In this document: in pieces, positions 38,594 to 48,387 of the stretch
Layout: the number at the start of each line of letters is the position of its first letter
Numbering within the stretch: the stretch's first letter is position 1
Source of the DNA: Nitrosopumilaceae archaeon
GTDB taxonomy: Archaea > Thermoproteota > Nitrososphaeria > Nitrososphaerales > Nitrosopumilaceae
DNA: 64,000 nt
Assembly (NCBI GenBank): GCA_052389415.1
Contig: JBQTHX010000034.1
Span: 1-64,000 of the forward strand
Direction: 5' to 3'
The notes under the pieces: generated by a model
What the model saw: only the letters and a program-made list of their open reading frames with translations
Told to the model about the DNA's origin: nothing
Database searches by the model: none
Translations under genes and position numbers: made by a program

Positions 38594-39577
38594 TTGAGAA
38601 TTCTTTTAACGCTAGGTTTACTATCCTTTTTAATATTTCCTGTTTATGCTCAAGAACAATCTGAACAACTTGTTGTTTTGACTGACAAAGGTACTTTACT
38701 AGTAGGACTGTCCACAATTCCTGCACAGCCACAACCAGATGAACTGGCCAAGATAAAAATCGATTTTATTAATAAAGATACAAACACAAACCAACAACAT
38801 ATAGATTATTCAGTAGAAGTTACCAAAGGTGACATCCAAGTATTTGGAATTCCGTTAACACATACAGCTGAAGGCTCAGCTACGATCCCTTATGAATTTC
38901 AAGAAAGTGGAACATACCAGATCTCCGTTGATGTTCATTTGATCTTGTTTCAACCAATTCCTAAAGAAACAGCTTCATTTGCAATTATAGTTGGAAATGA
39001 TTCACAGCCAAATGGATGTTTAATTGCTACTGCAGCATATGGTTCTGAATTATCTCTCCAGGTGCAATTTCTTAGAGAGTTCAGAGATACGACTGTAATG
39101 TCAACTTCAGTTGGTTCAAGTTTTATCAATGCATTCAATGCTGTTTACTATTCTTTCAGTCCTACTATAGCAGATATAGAAAGGAATAATCCAATTTTAC
39201 AAGAGTTTTTCAAGACTAGTATTACACCGCTCCTAGGAATTTTATACGTTGCAAAACTTTCTGGCATAGGAGGTGATACAGTTGCTGTGCTGACTTCAGG
39301 AATGATGGCATCATCTCTCATTGGTGCTGTGTATCTTTGGCCAATAGGACTTTTAACAAAATCTTCAAGAGAAGTGAGTCGATCTAAAATCATTATTGCG
39401 ATTACAGCGATTTCTATTATGCTAATAATAACAATAATTTCAAGCTTAATGGAAAATGAACAATTGATGATGGTTTCAACATCGGGATTAGTTTTGTCTA
39501 TTGTAGGAACAGGTGCGATGTTATCTTCAGCGGCGATTTGGAAATTAGTACAGAAAATCAAGATCACCTTTTTATAA
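38594..39577 (+). CDS. Exported protein with Ig-like domain and CFI-box-CTERM
   Basis: Signal peptide VYA-Q; QHIDY...HTAEG; GCLIATAAYGSEL..QVQFLREFRD...G..F..FN..YYSFSP; C-terminal TMs. Confidence 0.85.
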   Translation: MRILLTLGLLSFLIFPVYAQEQSEQLVVLTDKGTLLVGLSTIPAQPQPDELAKIKIDFINKDTNTNQQHIDYSVEVTKGDIQVFGIPLTHTAEGSATIPYEFQESGTYQISVDVHLILFQPIPKETASFAIIVGNDSQPNGCLIATAAYGSELSLQVQFLREFRDTTVMSTSVGSSFINAFNAVYYSFSPTIADIERNNPILQEFFKTSITPLLGILYVAKLSGIGGDTVAVLTSGMMASSLIGAVYLWPIGLLTKSSREVSRSKIIIAITAISIMLIITIISSLMENEQLMMVSTSGLVLSIVGTGAMLSSAAIWKLVQKIKITFL

Positions 39578-39599
39578 GCCTGTTCCAAATATCCACAAC

Positions 39600-40475
39600 A
39601 TGAAGTCAAAATCACTAGGTTCATTCTTTGTTGTTTTGACCCTTGTAGCTGCAATTGTTGCATTTACACCAAGTGCCTTTGCTGATCATGCAAAAGTTGA
39701 TGTAAGCATACCAGCAGGATCAGCAACACTAGGTTGTGAAGAGACAGACTCTTGTTACGAACCAAATGAAGCAATAATAGATGTAGGTGGTGAAGTCACA
39801 TGGAAAAATGATGACACTGCTGCACACACGGTAACAAGTGGAGATCTTGAAAATGATCCTGTCAATGTAGGAACTAAATTCGACAGTAGTTTGTTTGGTC
39901 CTGGAAAAACATGGTCCAAAAAATTTGAAGATGCTGGGACATTTCCTTACTTCTGTCAAGTTCATCCATGGATGACAGGAATTGTAACTGTACAAGCTGA
40001 AACAATGGAAGATGAAGAACCTCATGAGGATGAAATGACTTATGCAAATGCAATGTCAACTGACGGCTCAGTGAATATAGAAATTGAATCTAGTATCCCA
40101 GCTGCGGATGAAGAAATGTCAATACATGTTACCTTTACAGATGCTGATGGAAACACGATCCAGCATGTGAACTATGACATAAGTGCAATGCAAGATGGAA
40201 CAGAGGTCCTTTCAGAAAATGGTGCACATGAACATGAAGGTGAAGGTATGCATACAACTAATGCGTTATCCTCTGATGGCGCAGTTGATATTAAAGTAAC
40301 AATTCTTGGAATAGGACTTCCTGATGATGAAGCAAATTGGACTGGTCCACAAGGTGAGGCAGTTTCATTGCAAGTAGTTCCAGAATTCGGTACAATTGCG
40401 GCATTAGTACTTGCGATAAGTATAGTTAGCATCCTAGCAGTAACTGCAAAAAGTAGAGTTATTCCAAAACTCTAA
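39600..40475 (+). CDS. Plastocyanin/azurin-like blue copper protein with PEFG-CTERM anchor
   Basis: AAHTVTSG and YFCQVHPWM type-1 Cu ligands; His/acidic-rich second domain (HEHEGEG); VVPEFG followed by TM and basic tail. Confidence 0.92.
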   Translation: MKSKSLGSFFVVLTLVAAIVAFTPSAFADHAKVDVSIPAGSATLGCEETDSCYEPNEAIIDVGGEVTWKNDDTAAHTVTSGDLENDPVNVGTKFDSSLFGPGKTWSKKFEDAGTFPYFCQVHPWMTGIVTVQAETMEDEEPHEDEMTYANAMSTDGSVNIEIESSIPAADEEMSIHVTFTDADGNTIQHVNYDISAMQDGTEVLSENGAHEHEGEGMHTTNALSSDGAVDIKVTILGIGLPDDEANWTGPQGEAVSLQVVPEFGTIAALVLAISIVSILAVTAKSRVIPKL

Positions 40476-40479
40476 ACCT

Positions 40480-41121
40480 TTATTTTCTTTTTATCATAGC
40501 AACTATCGCTAAGATTACTCCAGCTGCTCCAAGAGAAAGCCCAAATATTCCAAAGTTATAGGCCGTTTCTGAGCTTACGTTGCTTGAAGTTTTTTCTAAT
40601 TCACCAATCTTTGATTTGAGCAAAGTAATTTCCTTTTGCAATCCAGACATAGAATTTTTCAGTGATACTACATCTTGATCAGATGAGCCAGAAGTATCAG
40701 GAAATGAAAGTGATGATTTGTCTTCCACATCCTCAATAGTAACTTCAGAGCTTATTGGAATTCCATTAATATCCCCCTTTAACACTATAACAAGACTACC
40801 AGTTCTAGAAGGGATTATTTTTGAACTATAATGACCAGCCTCTGGATCGGAATCAATATCAAGGGTTTTGTCCAACCCACCAGATTTTATTGTCGCTACC
40901 AAATTCCTGAAGGCATTTTTTATGCCACTTTGTCCATCTGGTGTATTCTCATTAATTTCAAAAGTTATTGCGTTCATAAACCCAACAAGTGGTGGTTCAT
41001 CTCGCCAACCTATCTCAATTTCAAAATTTTCTACTGCTATAGTTTTGTGTGCAGAAGCTGATGATAACCCACTAACAAGTAATAATGATGAAATCAAAAT
41101 GAATGAAGAAATTCTATTCAT
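40480..41121 (-). CDS. Exported, C-terminally anchored protein with mature N-terminal His (copper-associated hypothetical)
   Basis: ASA-H cleavage site; IGW..EPP; coiled coil; C-terminal TM plus KRK; divergent from copCD. Confidence 0.75.
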   Translation of the reverse strand: MNRISSFILISSLLLVSGLSSASAHKTIAVENFEIEIGWRDEPPLVGFMNAITFEINENTPDGQSGIKNAFRNLVATIKSGGLDKTLDIDSDPEAGHYSSKIIPSRTGSLVIVLKGDINGIPISSEVTIEDVEDKSSLSFPDTSGSSDQDVVSLKNSMSGLQKEITLLKSKIGELEKTSSNVSSETAYNFGIFGLSLGAAGVILAIVAMIKRK

Positions 41122-41221
41122 AAAATACGTCTAACTGTTACGTGTTATTATCTTTGCTTAATTCTGGTACATACATAAAAGTAATCAATTGTTTAAATTA
41201 TCATAAGAAGATATTGCAACT

Positions 41222-43993
41222 ATGAGAAAAATCTTATTTTTTATTTCTATAATTATTGTTTTTACTAATCTTGGTTTAGCATACGCTCATCCAGAAATAA
41301 GGGTGAGTGAACCTGCAGAATTTTCAAATATTTCTGTGGGAACTACCCAAGTTATCATTCGTTATTCAGAGACAGTAGAGATTGATTATAGCGTTATCAG
41401 GGTTCTGGATAATGCTGGAAATCAAGTTGACAATAGCGATACAAAATATTTTGATAACGAACAGTCACTTATCGTTACTACAAAACCATTGGACGATGGT
41501 GTGTATACAGTAACAAGTAAAGTACTTTCTAGGGTGGATGGACATGTAGTAAATGATGCCATCGTTTTTTCTGTAGGTAATGCAGCAATACCACCTGATT
41601 TTCAAGTGAAGAAAATACAAGGACCATCAATATATCTGCCAGAAGCAGCAGCACGATTTCCAGGGTTAGTCGGACAGGTAGTTGTGTTGGGCTCTGTTCT
41701 TTATTCATTGCTGATTTGGAAATCCCTTAAAACAAAGAAAACTATGAGAGAAAACTCTGATGTGTTGGAGAAAACTCATTCGCATTTATTCTTAAAATTA
41801 ACTGGTATTGGTTTGTTGCTGGTTTTAGCATCTAATATTCTGATGTTGGCTGTTCAAGCCATAAATCTGCAAACTACAGCTATTGAGGTAATAAAAACAG
41901 GATTTGGAACAACTTGGCTTGCACGAATGATATTGACAATCATTTTACTTGCACTGTGGTTCTGGTCAGAAAGAAGTTCATCTATTGGTAACATTCGACA
42001 ATTTCTAATTCTAGGATTCTCACTTGCATTGATTTTTACTACCACTATGTTTGGTCATGGGGCAGCACTCATGAATGAACCCTCAATAGTATTGGATTTT
42101 GTCCACAACCTTCTAGCCTCCGTATGGATTGGTGGAATAATTTATTCTGTCTTTGTACTGATTCCTTCATTTTCTAAATTAGGATCTGACAAGAAAGAAC
42201 AATTTTCTCTTTTAATCTTACCCAAAATTTCTAGTGTTGTAATAATTTCGGTGGGAATTCTGATTATCACAGGTCCCACACTACTTTGGTTTTTGGAAAG
42301 TAATATCGAATTATTATATGATTCAACGTATGGAAAATTAATTCTTATAAAAATCGCACTTGGAAGTAAAATGATCGCAATAGGTGCCTATAATCAATTT
42401 AGAATTCAAAAACCAGCACTGAAAACTATGGAGTTTGGCAGAATATTTGTTTACGATAAATTTAGAAGGTCATTAAAAATAGAATCAATCGTCGGGATAG
42501 TACTTCTTGGTGTTGTGGCTATGTTAGTAAATGGCTCCCTTCCACAGTATGAATTACAAGAAACACAAGCTGAGGGCATATTAGAGTACAAAACAATACA
42601 GTTTTCAAATGCGGCTAAATTCGATATTTCCATAAATCCTCTCTCAACTGGTACAAATACCGTTACCACATCTATCAATTCTCTAGATGGAGAACCATTA
42701 AACGACATATCTGAAGTAATATTGAAGGTTTCAAATCCTCAGAAAGATATTTCTCCAATTGATATTAGGCTAGTTCCAACCAATTCTGCTGATTCTAACT
42801 CTCTTACAAAATTTGTAGGAAATGCAACAATTGGTTTTTCAGGAACGTGGCATATAGAAATTGTAGCTCTAAGGACACAGAATGCAAATGAAGCTATATC
42901 TTTTGATGTTCTGATAAAACCTAGACTTTCTGAATTACAGACAAACATCATAGAGTATAGTTTTCCAGACAAAATTGTTGCACCACTCTTTCCTGTTTTT
43001 GATGGTAAAAATACAATATGGATTAGTGACACCAACAAACCACGAATATGGAAATTTACTATAGATGATAAACGATTCAGGCCGTATGAATTTGATGGGC
43101 AAATTTCTGTCACATTGAATATAGACAACGATGGTAAGATATGGTATACTGATACACCAAACTCAAAGATAGGATTCTTTGATCCATCCACAGAAATATT
43201 CGAAAACATTGATCTTCCAATAAAATCTGTCCCAGTATTTATGGAAACTGATTTTAGTAATAATATTTGGGTTGCGTTAGCAGACAAAAATATACTACTA
43301 AAGTATGAACAGGAAAAGCAGACATTTACCGAACATAAAATTTCAGCTGCACCTCTTTCTGGACCAACTGCACTTATTTTAGACAAATTTGGAAATATCT
43401 GGTTTGCAGAAGCACAAGCTGGAAAAATTGGTGTGATCAACCCAGAGACTGGCACGTCTAAAGAATTTGTTCCTGAAAGCCCACTAGAAGAACCAACTGC
43501 TCTATTCTTTGATAATGATGGAAACCTATGGGTAGCTGAGCATACAGCACCCGCCATTACCAAGTTCGATACTACTCTTGAGACCTTCGAGCAGATTCCC
43601 GTATTGGATGCGAATGCCCTCCCTTTTGGAATGGCTTCAGACAAATTTGGCAATATTTGGTTCGGTCAACATACTATTGACAAACTAGGTGCTTACGATC
43701 CTTTTAATGACAATTTCAAAGAGATTCCGATTCCCACTCAACAATCATTCACTCAATTTATCACATCTGACAACGATGGAAATATCTGGTTTGCAGAACA
43801 ACGCGGTCAAAAGCTTGGAATGGTGTCCATAACAGAAATTCCAAGACAACCAATAATTTCGCAAGATGAAACATTTGAAATCAGATATGCAGATCTTGTA
43901 TCACCCTTCATAGCAACAGGCATTATTGCAACATCATTATTCTTTGTAAAGAGCATTAAGGACAAAAGAAAATTAGACATTCTGGTAGACTGA
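41222..43993 (+). CDS. CopC-CopD fusion with Ig-like domain and Vgb-type beta-propeller, C-terminal TM
   Basis: AYA-HP...SEP, VLSRVDGH (CopC); GH and H.L.ASVWIGG...YG..I..K (CopD); repeated D..GNIWF.E propeller blades. Confidence 0.9.
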   Translation: MRKILFFISIIIVFTNLGLAYAHPEIRVSEPAEFSNISVGTTQVIIRYSETVEIDYSVIRVLDNAGNQVDNSDTKYFDNEQSLIVTTKPLDDGVYTVTSKVLSRVDGHVVNDAIVFSVGNAAIPPDFQVKKIQGPSIYLPEAAARFPGLVGQVVVLGSVLYSLLIWKSLKTKKTMRENSDVLEKTHSHLFLKLTGIGLLLVLASNILMLAVQAINLQTTAIEVIKTGFGTTWLARMILTIILLALWFWSERSSSIGNIRQFLILGFSLALIFTTTMFGHGAALMNEPSIVLDFVHNLLASVWIGGIIYSVFVLIPSFSKLGSDKKEQFSLLILPKISSVVIISVGILIITGPTLLWFLESNIELLYDSTYGKLILIKIALGSKMIAIGAYNQFRIQKPALKTMEFGRIFVYDKFRRSLKIESIVGIVLLGVVAMLVNGSLPQYELQETQAEGILEYKTIQFSNAAKFDISINPLSTGTNTVTTSINSLDGEPLNDISEVILKVSNPQKDISPIDIRLVPTNSADSNSLTKFVGNATIGFSGTWHIEIVALRTQNANEAISFDVLIKPRLSELQTNIIEYSFPDKIVAPLFPVFDGKNTIWISDTNKPRIWKFTIDDKRFRPYEFDGQISVTLNIDNDGKIWYTDTPNSKIGFFDPSTEIFENIDLPIKSVPVFMETDFSNNIWVALADKNILLKYEQEKQTFTEHKISAAPLSGPTALILDKFGNIWFAEAQAGKIGVINPETGTSKEFVPESPLEEPTALFFDNDGNLWVAEHTAPAITKFDTTLETFEQIPVLDANALPFGMASDKFGNIWFGQHTIDKLGAYDPFNDNFKEIPIPTQQSFTQFITSDNDGNIWFAEQRGQKLGMVSITEIPRQPIISQDETFEIRYADLVSPFIATGIIATSLFFVKSIKDKRKLDILVD

Positions 43994-44006
43994 GTTCAAG
44001 ACCAAC

Positions 44007-44852
44007 TCATACCTGTTTTATATTTGGAATGATTGTCTTATTTTTTATTAAACCACTGGATCTTATTCCGAGTGAGATTGAAAAGATTACAATCGATACC
44101 AATACAATCATTCCACCGGGAGCTATGTTAAACATATAAGAAGATAATATTCCTATTATCACTGAAGAAACTGCGAAGGTCATGGATAATATTGTGGTTT
44201 GTTTGAAACCACGTGAAAAAAGCATTGCTGTCACGTTAGGAATAACAATTAGCGATGAGATGAGTAAGATTCCTACAAGCTGCATAGAGCTAACCACAGT
44301 AATTCCCGCAATTGCAACAAGTAGATAATTTAATTTTTCAACTGGAATTCCGCTTACCTTTGCTTGTTCTTCGTTAAAGGTTGTGTAAACTAGTTGCCTA
44401 TACACTAGCAAAATGATAATCAAAATAGATCCCGTAAGAGCAAGTATCAAAATTGTATTTTCTAAACTAACAAGCAAAATACTTCCAAAAAGAAAACTGA
44501 ATATGTCAATCGTAAATCCCCCTGATAGACTAATGAGAATAACACCTGCAGCAAGACCCGATGAGAGTAAAATCGCGACAGTTGCGTCCCCCGAAATTTG
44601 GAATTTTTGTCTAATCTTAGTGAGTCCAAGAGCGCTTGACACTGAGACTCCAAAAGCAACCCATATCGGATAGATTCCAAGAAACAACCCAGCAGCAATA
44701 CCGCCAAAGGCTGCATGTGCAAGAGCATCACCAAAAAGTGAATATCTTCTAAGAACTAGGAAGAGTCCAACAACTGAACACATCAGAGCTATAGCTATGC
44801 CAGAAATCAGTGCTCTATGCATGAATCCATATGAAAGAATTTCAAAAATCAA
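44007..44852 (-). CDS. znuB: Zn/Mn ABC transporter permease
   Basis: FM.RAL, G.FLVLRR.SL.GDALAH, FLFGSIL and VG.LLISSL..IP motifs. Confidence 0.92.
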   Translation of the reverse strand: MIFEILSYGFMHRALISGIAIALMCSVVGLFLVLRRYSLFGDALAHAAFGGIAAGLFLGIYPIWVAFGVSVSSALGLTKIRQKFQISGDATVAILLSSGLAAGVILISLSGGFTIDIFSFLFGSILLVSLENTILILALTGSILIIILLVYRQLVYTTFNEEQAKVSGIPVEKLNYLLVAIAGITVVSSMQLVGILLISSLIVIPNVTAMLFSRGFKQTTILSMTFAVSSVIIGILSSYMFNIAPGGMIVLVSIVIFSISLGIRSSGLIKNKTIIPNIKQV

Positions 44853-44853
44853 A

Positions 44854-45585
44854 CTAATCTCCGTGATGATGCATGTGCATTTGCATCGATGATTCAGAAT
44901 ACATCTTTAGCAGATTTTCACTTTGAAAGAACTCCTCTGATACACCATGGAAGAACAAGGTTCTATTGAGGCAGGCTACTTTTGATGCAAGTTTAGCAAC
45001 TGCATCCAGATCATGTGATGACCAAATTATTGTGATGTTTTCTTTTTGATTTAGATCATGCAAGATTTGATAGAATAATTCTTTGCTTTGAGAATCAATT
45101 CCAGTTACTGGTTCGTCAAGTATCAGAATTTGTGGATCATTTACTAGCGCTTTTGCAATAAAGACTCGTTGTTGTTGTCCGCCAGATAGATCGCCAATGC
45201 GTCTGTGACTTAGCTCATGGAGCCAAACTTTTTGCAAAACTTCATCTACTTTGCCACTTTTCGAATTTTTTGTCAAACCCATTCCAACTACTTCTGATAT
45301 GGTAGCAGGAAAATTTTTTTCAAAGATAGGTTTCTGTGGGACATATCCTATTTGTTTAAGATATTGCTTTGATTTACGTATGTTTGTACCAAAAAATCTA
45401 ATCTCACCTTTATAGTCATTAAGAAGACCAAGCATACAGCCAAAAAGAGTGGTTTTGCCTGCACCATTTGGGCCTATTATTCCCAAAAAATCCTGAGATT
45501 CTACTGAAAAGTTTAGGTTCTCCAAGGCTAAAATGCCTCGATAGTCAACAGTAAGGTTTTCAATTTCTACAATTTTCATGAACAC
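44854..45585 (-). CDS. znuC: Zn/Mn ABC transporter ATPase
   Basis: GPNGAGKT, GYVPQ, LSGGQQQR, LDEP and SHD motifs; His-rich tail MQMHMHHHGD. Confidence 0.93.
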   Translation of the reverse strand: MFMKIVEIENLTVDYRGILALENLNFSVESQDFLGIIGPNGAGKTTLFGCMLGLLNDYKGEIRFFGTNIRKSKQYLKQIGYVPQKPIFEKNFPATISEVVGMGLTKNSKSGKVDEVLQKVWLHELSHRRIGDLSGGQQQRVFIAKALVNDPQILILDEPVTGIDSQSKELFYQILHDLNQKENITIIWSSHDLDAVAKLASKVACLNRTLFFHGVSEEFFQSENLLKMYSESSMQMHMHHHGD

Positions 45586-46493
45586 AATTCCTCCATGAGG
45601 TGTGACAGGTTTTTCTCCATTCTTGTTATATAATCAGAATCTTTCTCAAAGGTCTCTATAGGACTTAGAATCAACACCTTAGCTCCTATCTCGGCAGCAA
45701 TAACTTCAGATATTCTTGGGTTTATTGTTTCTTCAGTAAAAATAAAATGTAGATCTAAATCTTGTGCTTTTTGAATAATTTGTTGTATTGTTGTTGCTGT
45801 TGGTTCTCCGCTTGGATTAATCCCAAGTATTGTGTTTTGATTAAGACCATATTCGTTAGCAAAATAAGAAAATGCGTCATGAGTTGCAAGAAAATCTTTT
45901 TTTACGCAAGATGAGAGTTCGTTTCTTATCTTTGTGTCAAGTTGGATAAGCTTGGAATTATATGCATTAAAATTTTCTTGGTAATAATCAGCGTTTTGAG
46001 GATCAATTTTGATCAAACCATTTAGTATATTTTGTGTTTGTTTTTTAGCTAACACCGGATTAAGCCACACATGCGGATCATTTTGAATTTCAACTTTAAA
46101 CATGCGCTCATCTTTTACTAATAATGATATCCCATTACTTGTGTCGATAATCAAAATATTGGGGTTAACTGAAATTAGTTTTGCAACCCACGGTTCAAAA
46201 CCAGCACCATTTATCACTATCATATCAGCTTCTTGCATTTTTTGAAGATCCTGAATTGATGGTTCCCAATCATGTGGTTCTATTCCTGGTGGAATGATAG
46301 TGGACACATCAATTTTTTCATCACCGATTATTTTTGTAAATTCGTATAATGGATAAAACGATGCAAAAACTTTTAGCTGTTGCTTTTCTTCAATAGCAGT
46401 TACATCGCTATTTTCCGATGACCATAGTACAAATGCAGAAAGTGGAATTATTGTAGATATAGCAAGTATTGCAAGATTTGTGTCGTTATTCAC
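45576..46493 (-). CDS. znuA: Zn ABC transporter substrate-binding protein (TroA/ZnuA cluster A-I)
   Basis: SFYPL, EPHDWEP, DPHVWL and THDAF.YF motifs (three His ligands). Confidence 0.92.
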   Translation of the reverse strand: MNNDTNLAILAISTIIPLSAFVLWSSENSDVTAIEEKQQLKVFASFYPLYEFTKIIGDEKIDVSTIIPPGIEPHDWEPSIQDLQKMQEADMIVINGAGFEPWVAKLISVNPNILIIDTSNGISLLVKDERMFKVEIQNDPHVWLNPVLAKKQTQNILNGLIKIDPQNADYYQENFNAYNSKLIQLDTKIRNELSSCVKKDFLATHDAFSYFANEYGLNQNTILGINPSGEPTATTIQQIIQKAQDLDLHFIFTEETINPRISEVIAAEIGAKVLILSPIETFEKDSDYITRMEKNLSHLMEELCS

Positions 46494-46510
46494 ACCAATT
46501 ATTGTAAAAC

Positions 46511-46541
46511 GTTATTAATAAATCTAAGAAATATTAATAAC
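46511..46541. promoter_or_regulatory. Candidate NikR-family operator GTTATTAATA-N11-TATTAATAAC
   Basis: Perfect 10-bp inverted repeat in the 90-bp divergent region between znuA and the NikR-like gene. Confidence 0.7.
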
Positions 46542-46583
46542 ATTTACTACTAAACTTATAACATACTTAATAATATTCTAATT

Positions 46584-46967
46584 GTGCCAATCGTCTCAAT
46601 ATCACTAAATGATGAAATTCTCTCGGAGATTGACAAACTACAAAAATCCATGGGATTTTCTGGTAGATCTGAAATAATACGAGCAGGTATCAGAAATTTG
46701 ATTTCAGAAGAAAAGCAACGAAGCAATCTTTCTGGTTTAATACACGCAATTCTTATGATTATTCACGATGAAGAGTCTGAACAAATAGTCACTGGTATCA
46801 AACACAATCATGAAGAATTAATTGGGACGCATCTACACAGCAAGATTGAGGGGAATAAGTGCATGGAATTATTTTTGTTACATGGTGAAGCAGAGAAAGT
46901 AGATATTATGACAAAGGATTTTAAAACCAATAAAAAAATGGAACACGTCAAGTTAGTTGTTACTTAG
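46584..46967 (+). CDS. NikR-family (RHH + ACT) metal-responsive regulator
   Basis: IVSISL...L..ID.....GF.GRSE.IR..IR RHH domain; H..H...HLH......CME metal-binding domain. Confidence 0.9.
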   Translation: MPIVSISLNDEILSEIDKLQKSMGFSGRSEIIRAGIRNLISEEKQRSNLSGLIHAILMIIHDEESEQIVTGIKHNHEELIGTHLHSKIEGNKCMELFLLHGEAEKVDIMTKDFKTNKKMEHVKLVVT

Positions 46968-47019
46968 ATTATATTTTTAATAGCAGAAATTTATATTCGG
47001 AGCAAGTTGAGAGGTTCCG

Positions 47020-48387
47020 TTGGATTATAAAATTTTTTCAATAGTTTTTGTTCTAATAATTATCATACCAACTGTAACTCAAGCCTTTGGTCATGGTCTT
47101 AGCATAGATACTCCACCCCCTGTGAACTATCAGGGACGTGACATCACGATCACTGCCGAGATGTTACCTTCTTTTTATGACGATAATTTAGTAGACAAAC
47201 AGATCAAAGTACGTGCGTTTGATCCTAAGACTGGAGAAAATATAAAAAATGTAAATTTTTTGATAGGTCTAAATTATAAAGATGAAATGATTTTTAGAAA
47301 TTATTTCTTTAGTGAAAATGGTGATTTAACAATTAAAGTATATCCTACTCGCGAAGGAGAGATTGAAATTTCTGGTGAAAAGGAGCCTTTACTTGGAGCT
47401 TGGATGGTCACCGATGAAAAACCAATAGAATTAAGAGGACCTGTCTTTAATTCTGGCGGATTATACCATTTAGAGATAGAGATACGCACTGTAGATGAAC
47501 CTGATAACTTACTTGATGAGCCCATCAAATATGATGCATACATCAGTATTGGTGATACGACCTATCATGATCAAAAAACTAAAGATGGTCAAGATGTGAA
47601 TTTCAGAGTAAGGTCATATTATGATACAATAACGAATTTTGAATACAACTCTCATGATAAAATCATATCATTTGAAATGCCATTTGATTGGAGTGAGCAA
47701 AACATTAGTCAGATTCCATATGTCCACGAAGAATTATTATTTCCAAAAAATATCTCAGAACTTTTAGCGCCCAGTTATGTAGGACAGGTAAATGGTATTG
47801 ATTTGTTTAAATCGTCTATAACCATAGATGATTATTCTGTTGAGGATGGAAGAATTGTACATTTTTTGCTGATACAAGATCATCTTAAATTCCTAAGGGA
47901 TCAACAAAAAAAATCTGGCGATTTACCAAATTATATGAAGTTCAAACTAATTGCAGATGATGAAATAAAATTTCCGCTTGTTGCCTCTACTAACGATCAA
48001 CGATTTCAAGTAGATCTTTCATTGGATCCTCCAGTAATTCAAACTGGAGAGAAAATGAAATTTATCTTTACTATAAGAGATTCTGCAACGCTAGAGACAA
48101 AACAACATTCAACTTATGATTTTGTAATCTTAAGTAATGGAAGAGAGATTCATAGAACATCTGGAAATGCAGTAATAGGAGGTGGATTTGAAGAGTATAC
48201 TTTTACTGAGGAACAAAAAGGTCCCATTATTATCCGATTTGAAAAAATCGCTGGAACATCAGCATCAACCCAATTTGCCCTAGTGGTTGTTCCTGAATTT
48301 GGATCGTTTGCAATTATAGTTCTAGTACTTATGATGAGTTTCATTATCATATTGAGATTACACAAGTTTTCGCCTCTAAGTAGGTGA
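47020..48387 (+). CDS. Exported PEFG-CTERM surface protein, paralog of 35667..37310
   Basis: AFG-HGL mature N-terminus; GGLYH.EI, SYYD.I..F, F.MPFDW and VHEE...PK shared motifs; VVPEFG followed by TM. Confidence 0.87.
   Translation: MDYKIFSIVFVLIIIIPTVTQAFGHGLSIDTPPPVNYQGRDITITAEMLPSFYDDNLVDKQIKVRAFDPKTGENIKNVNFLIGLNYKDEMIFRNYFFSENGDLTIKVYPTREGEIEISGEKEPLLGAWMVTDEKPIELRGPVFNSGGLYHLEIEIRTVDEPDNLLDEPIKYDAYISIGDTTYHDQKTKDGQDVNFRVRSYYDTITNFEYNSHDKIISFEMPFDWSEQNISQIPYVHEELLFPKNISELLAPSYVGQVNGIDLFKSSITIDDYSVEDGRIVHFLLIQDHLKFLRDQQKKSGDLPNYMKFKLIADDEIKFPLVASTNDQRFQVDLSLDPPVIQTGEKMKFIFTIRDSATLETKQHSTYDFVILSNGREIHRTSGNAVIGGGFEEYTFTEEQKGPIIIRFEKIAGTSASTQFALVVVPEFGSFAIIVLVLMMSFIIILRLHKFSPLSR

Noticed and set aside
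42739-43653. 304-aa antisense ORF within the copCD-propeller gene
   Set aside because: Shadow frame of a repetitive propeller-coding region with no recognisable motif. The other antisense ORFs in the track were rejected for the same reason.
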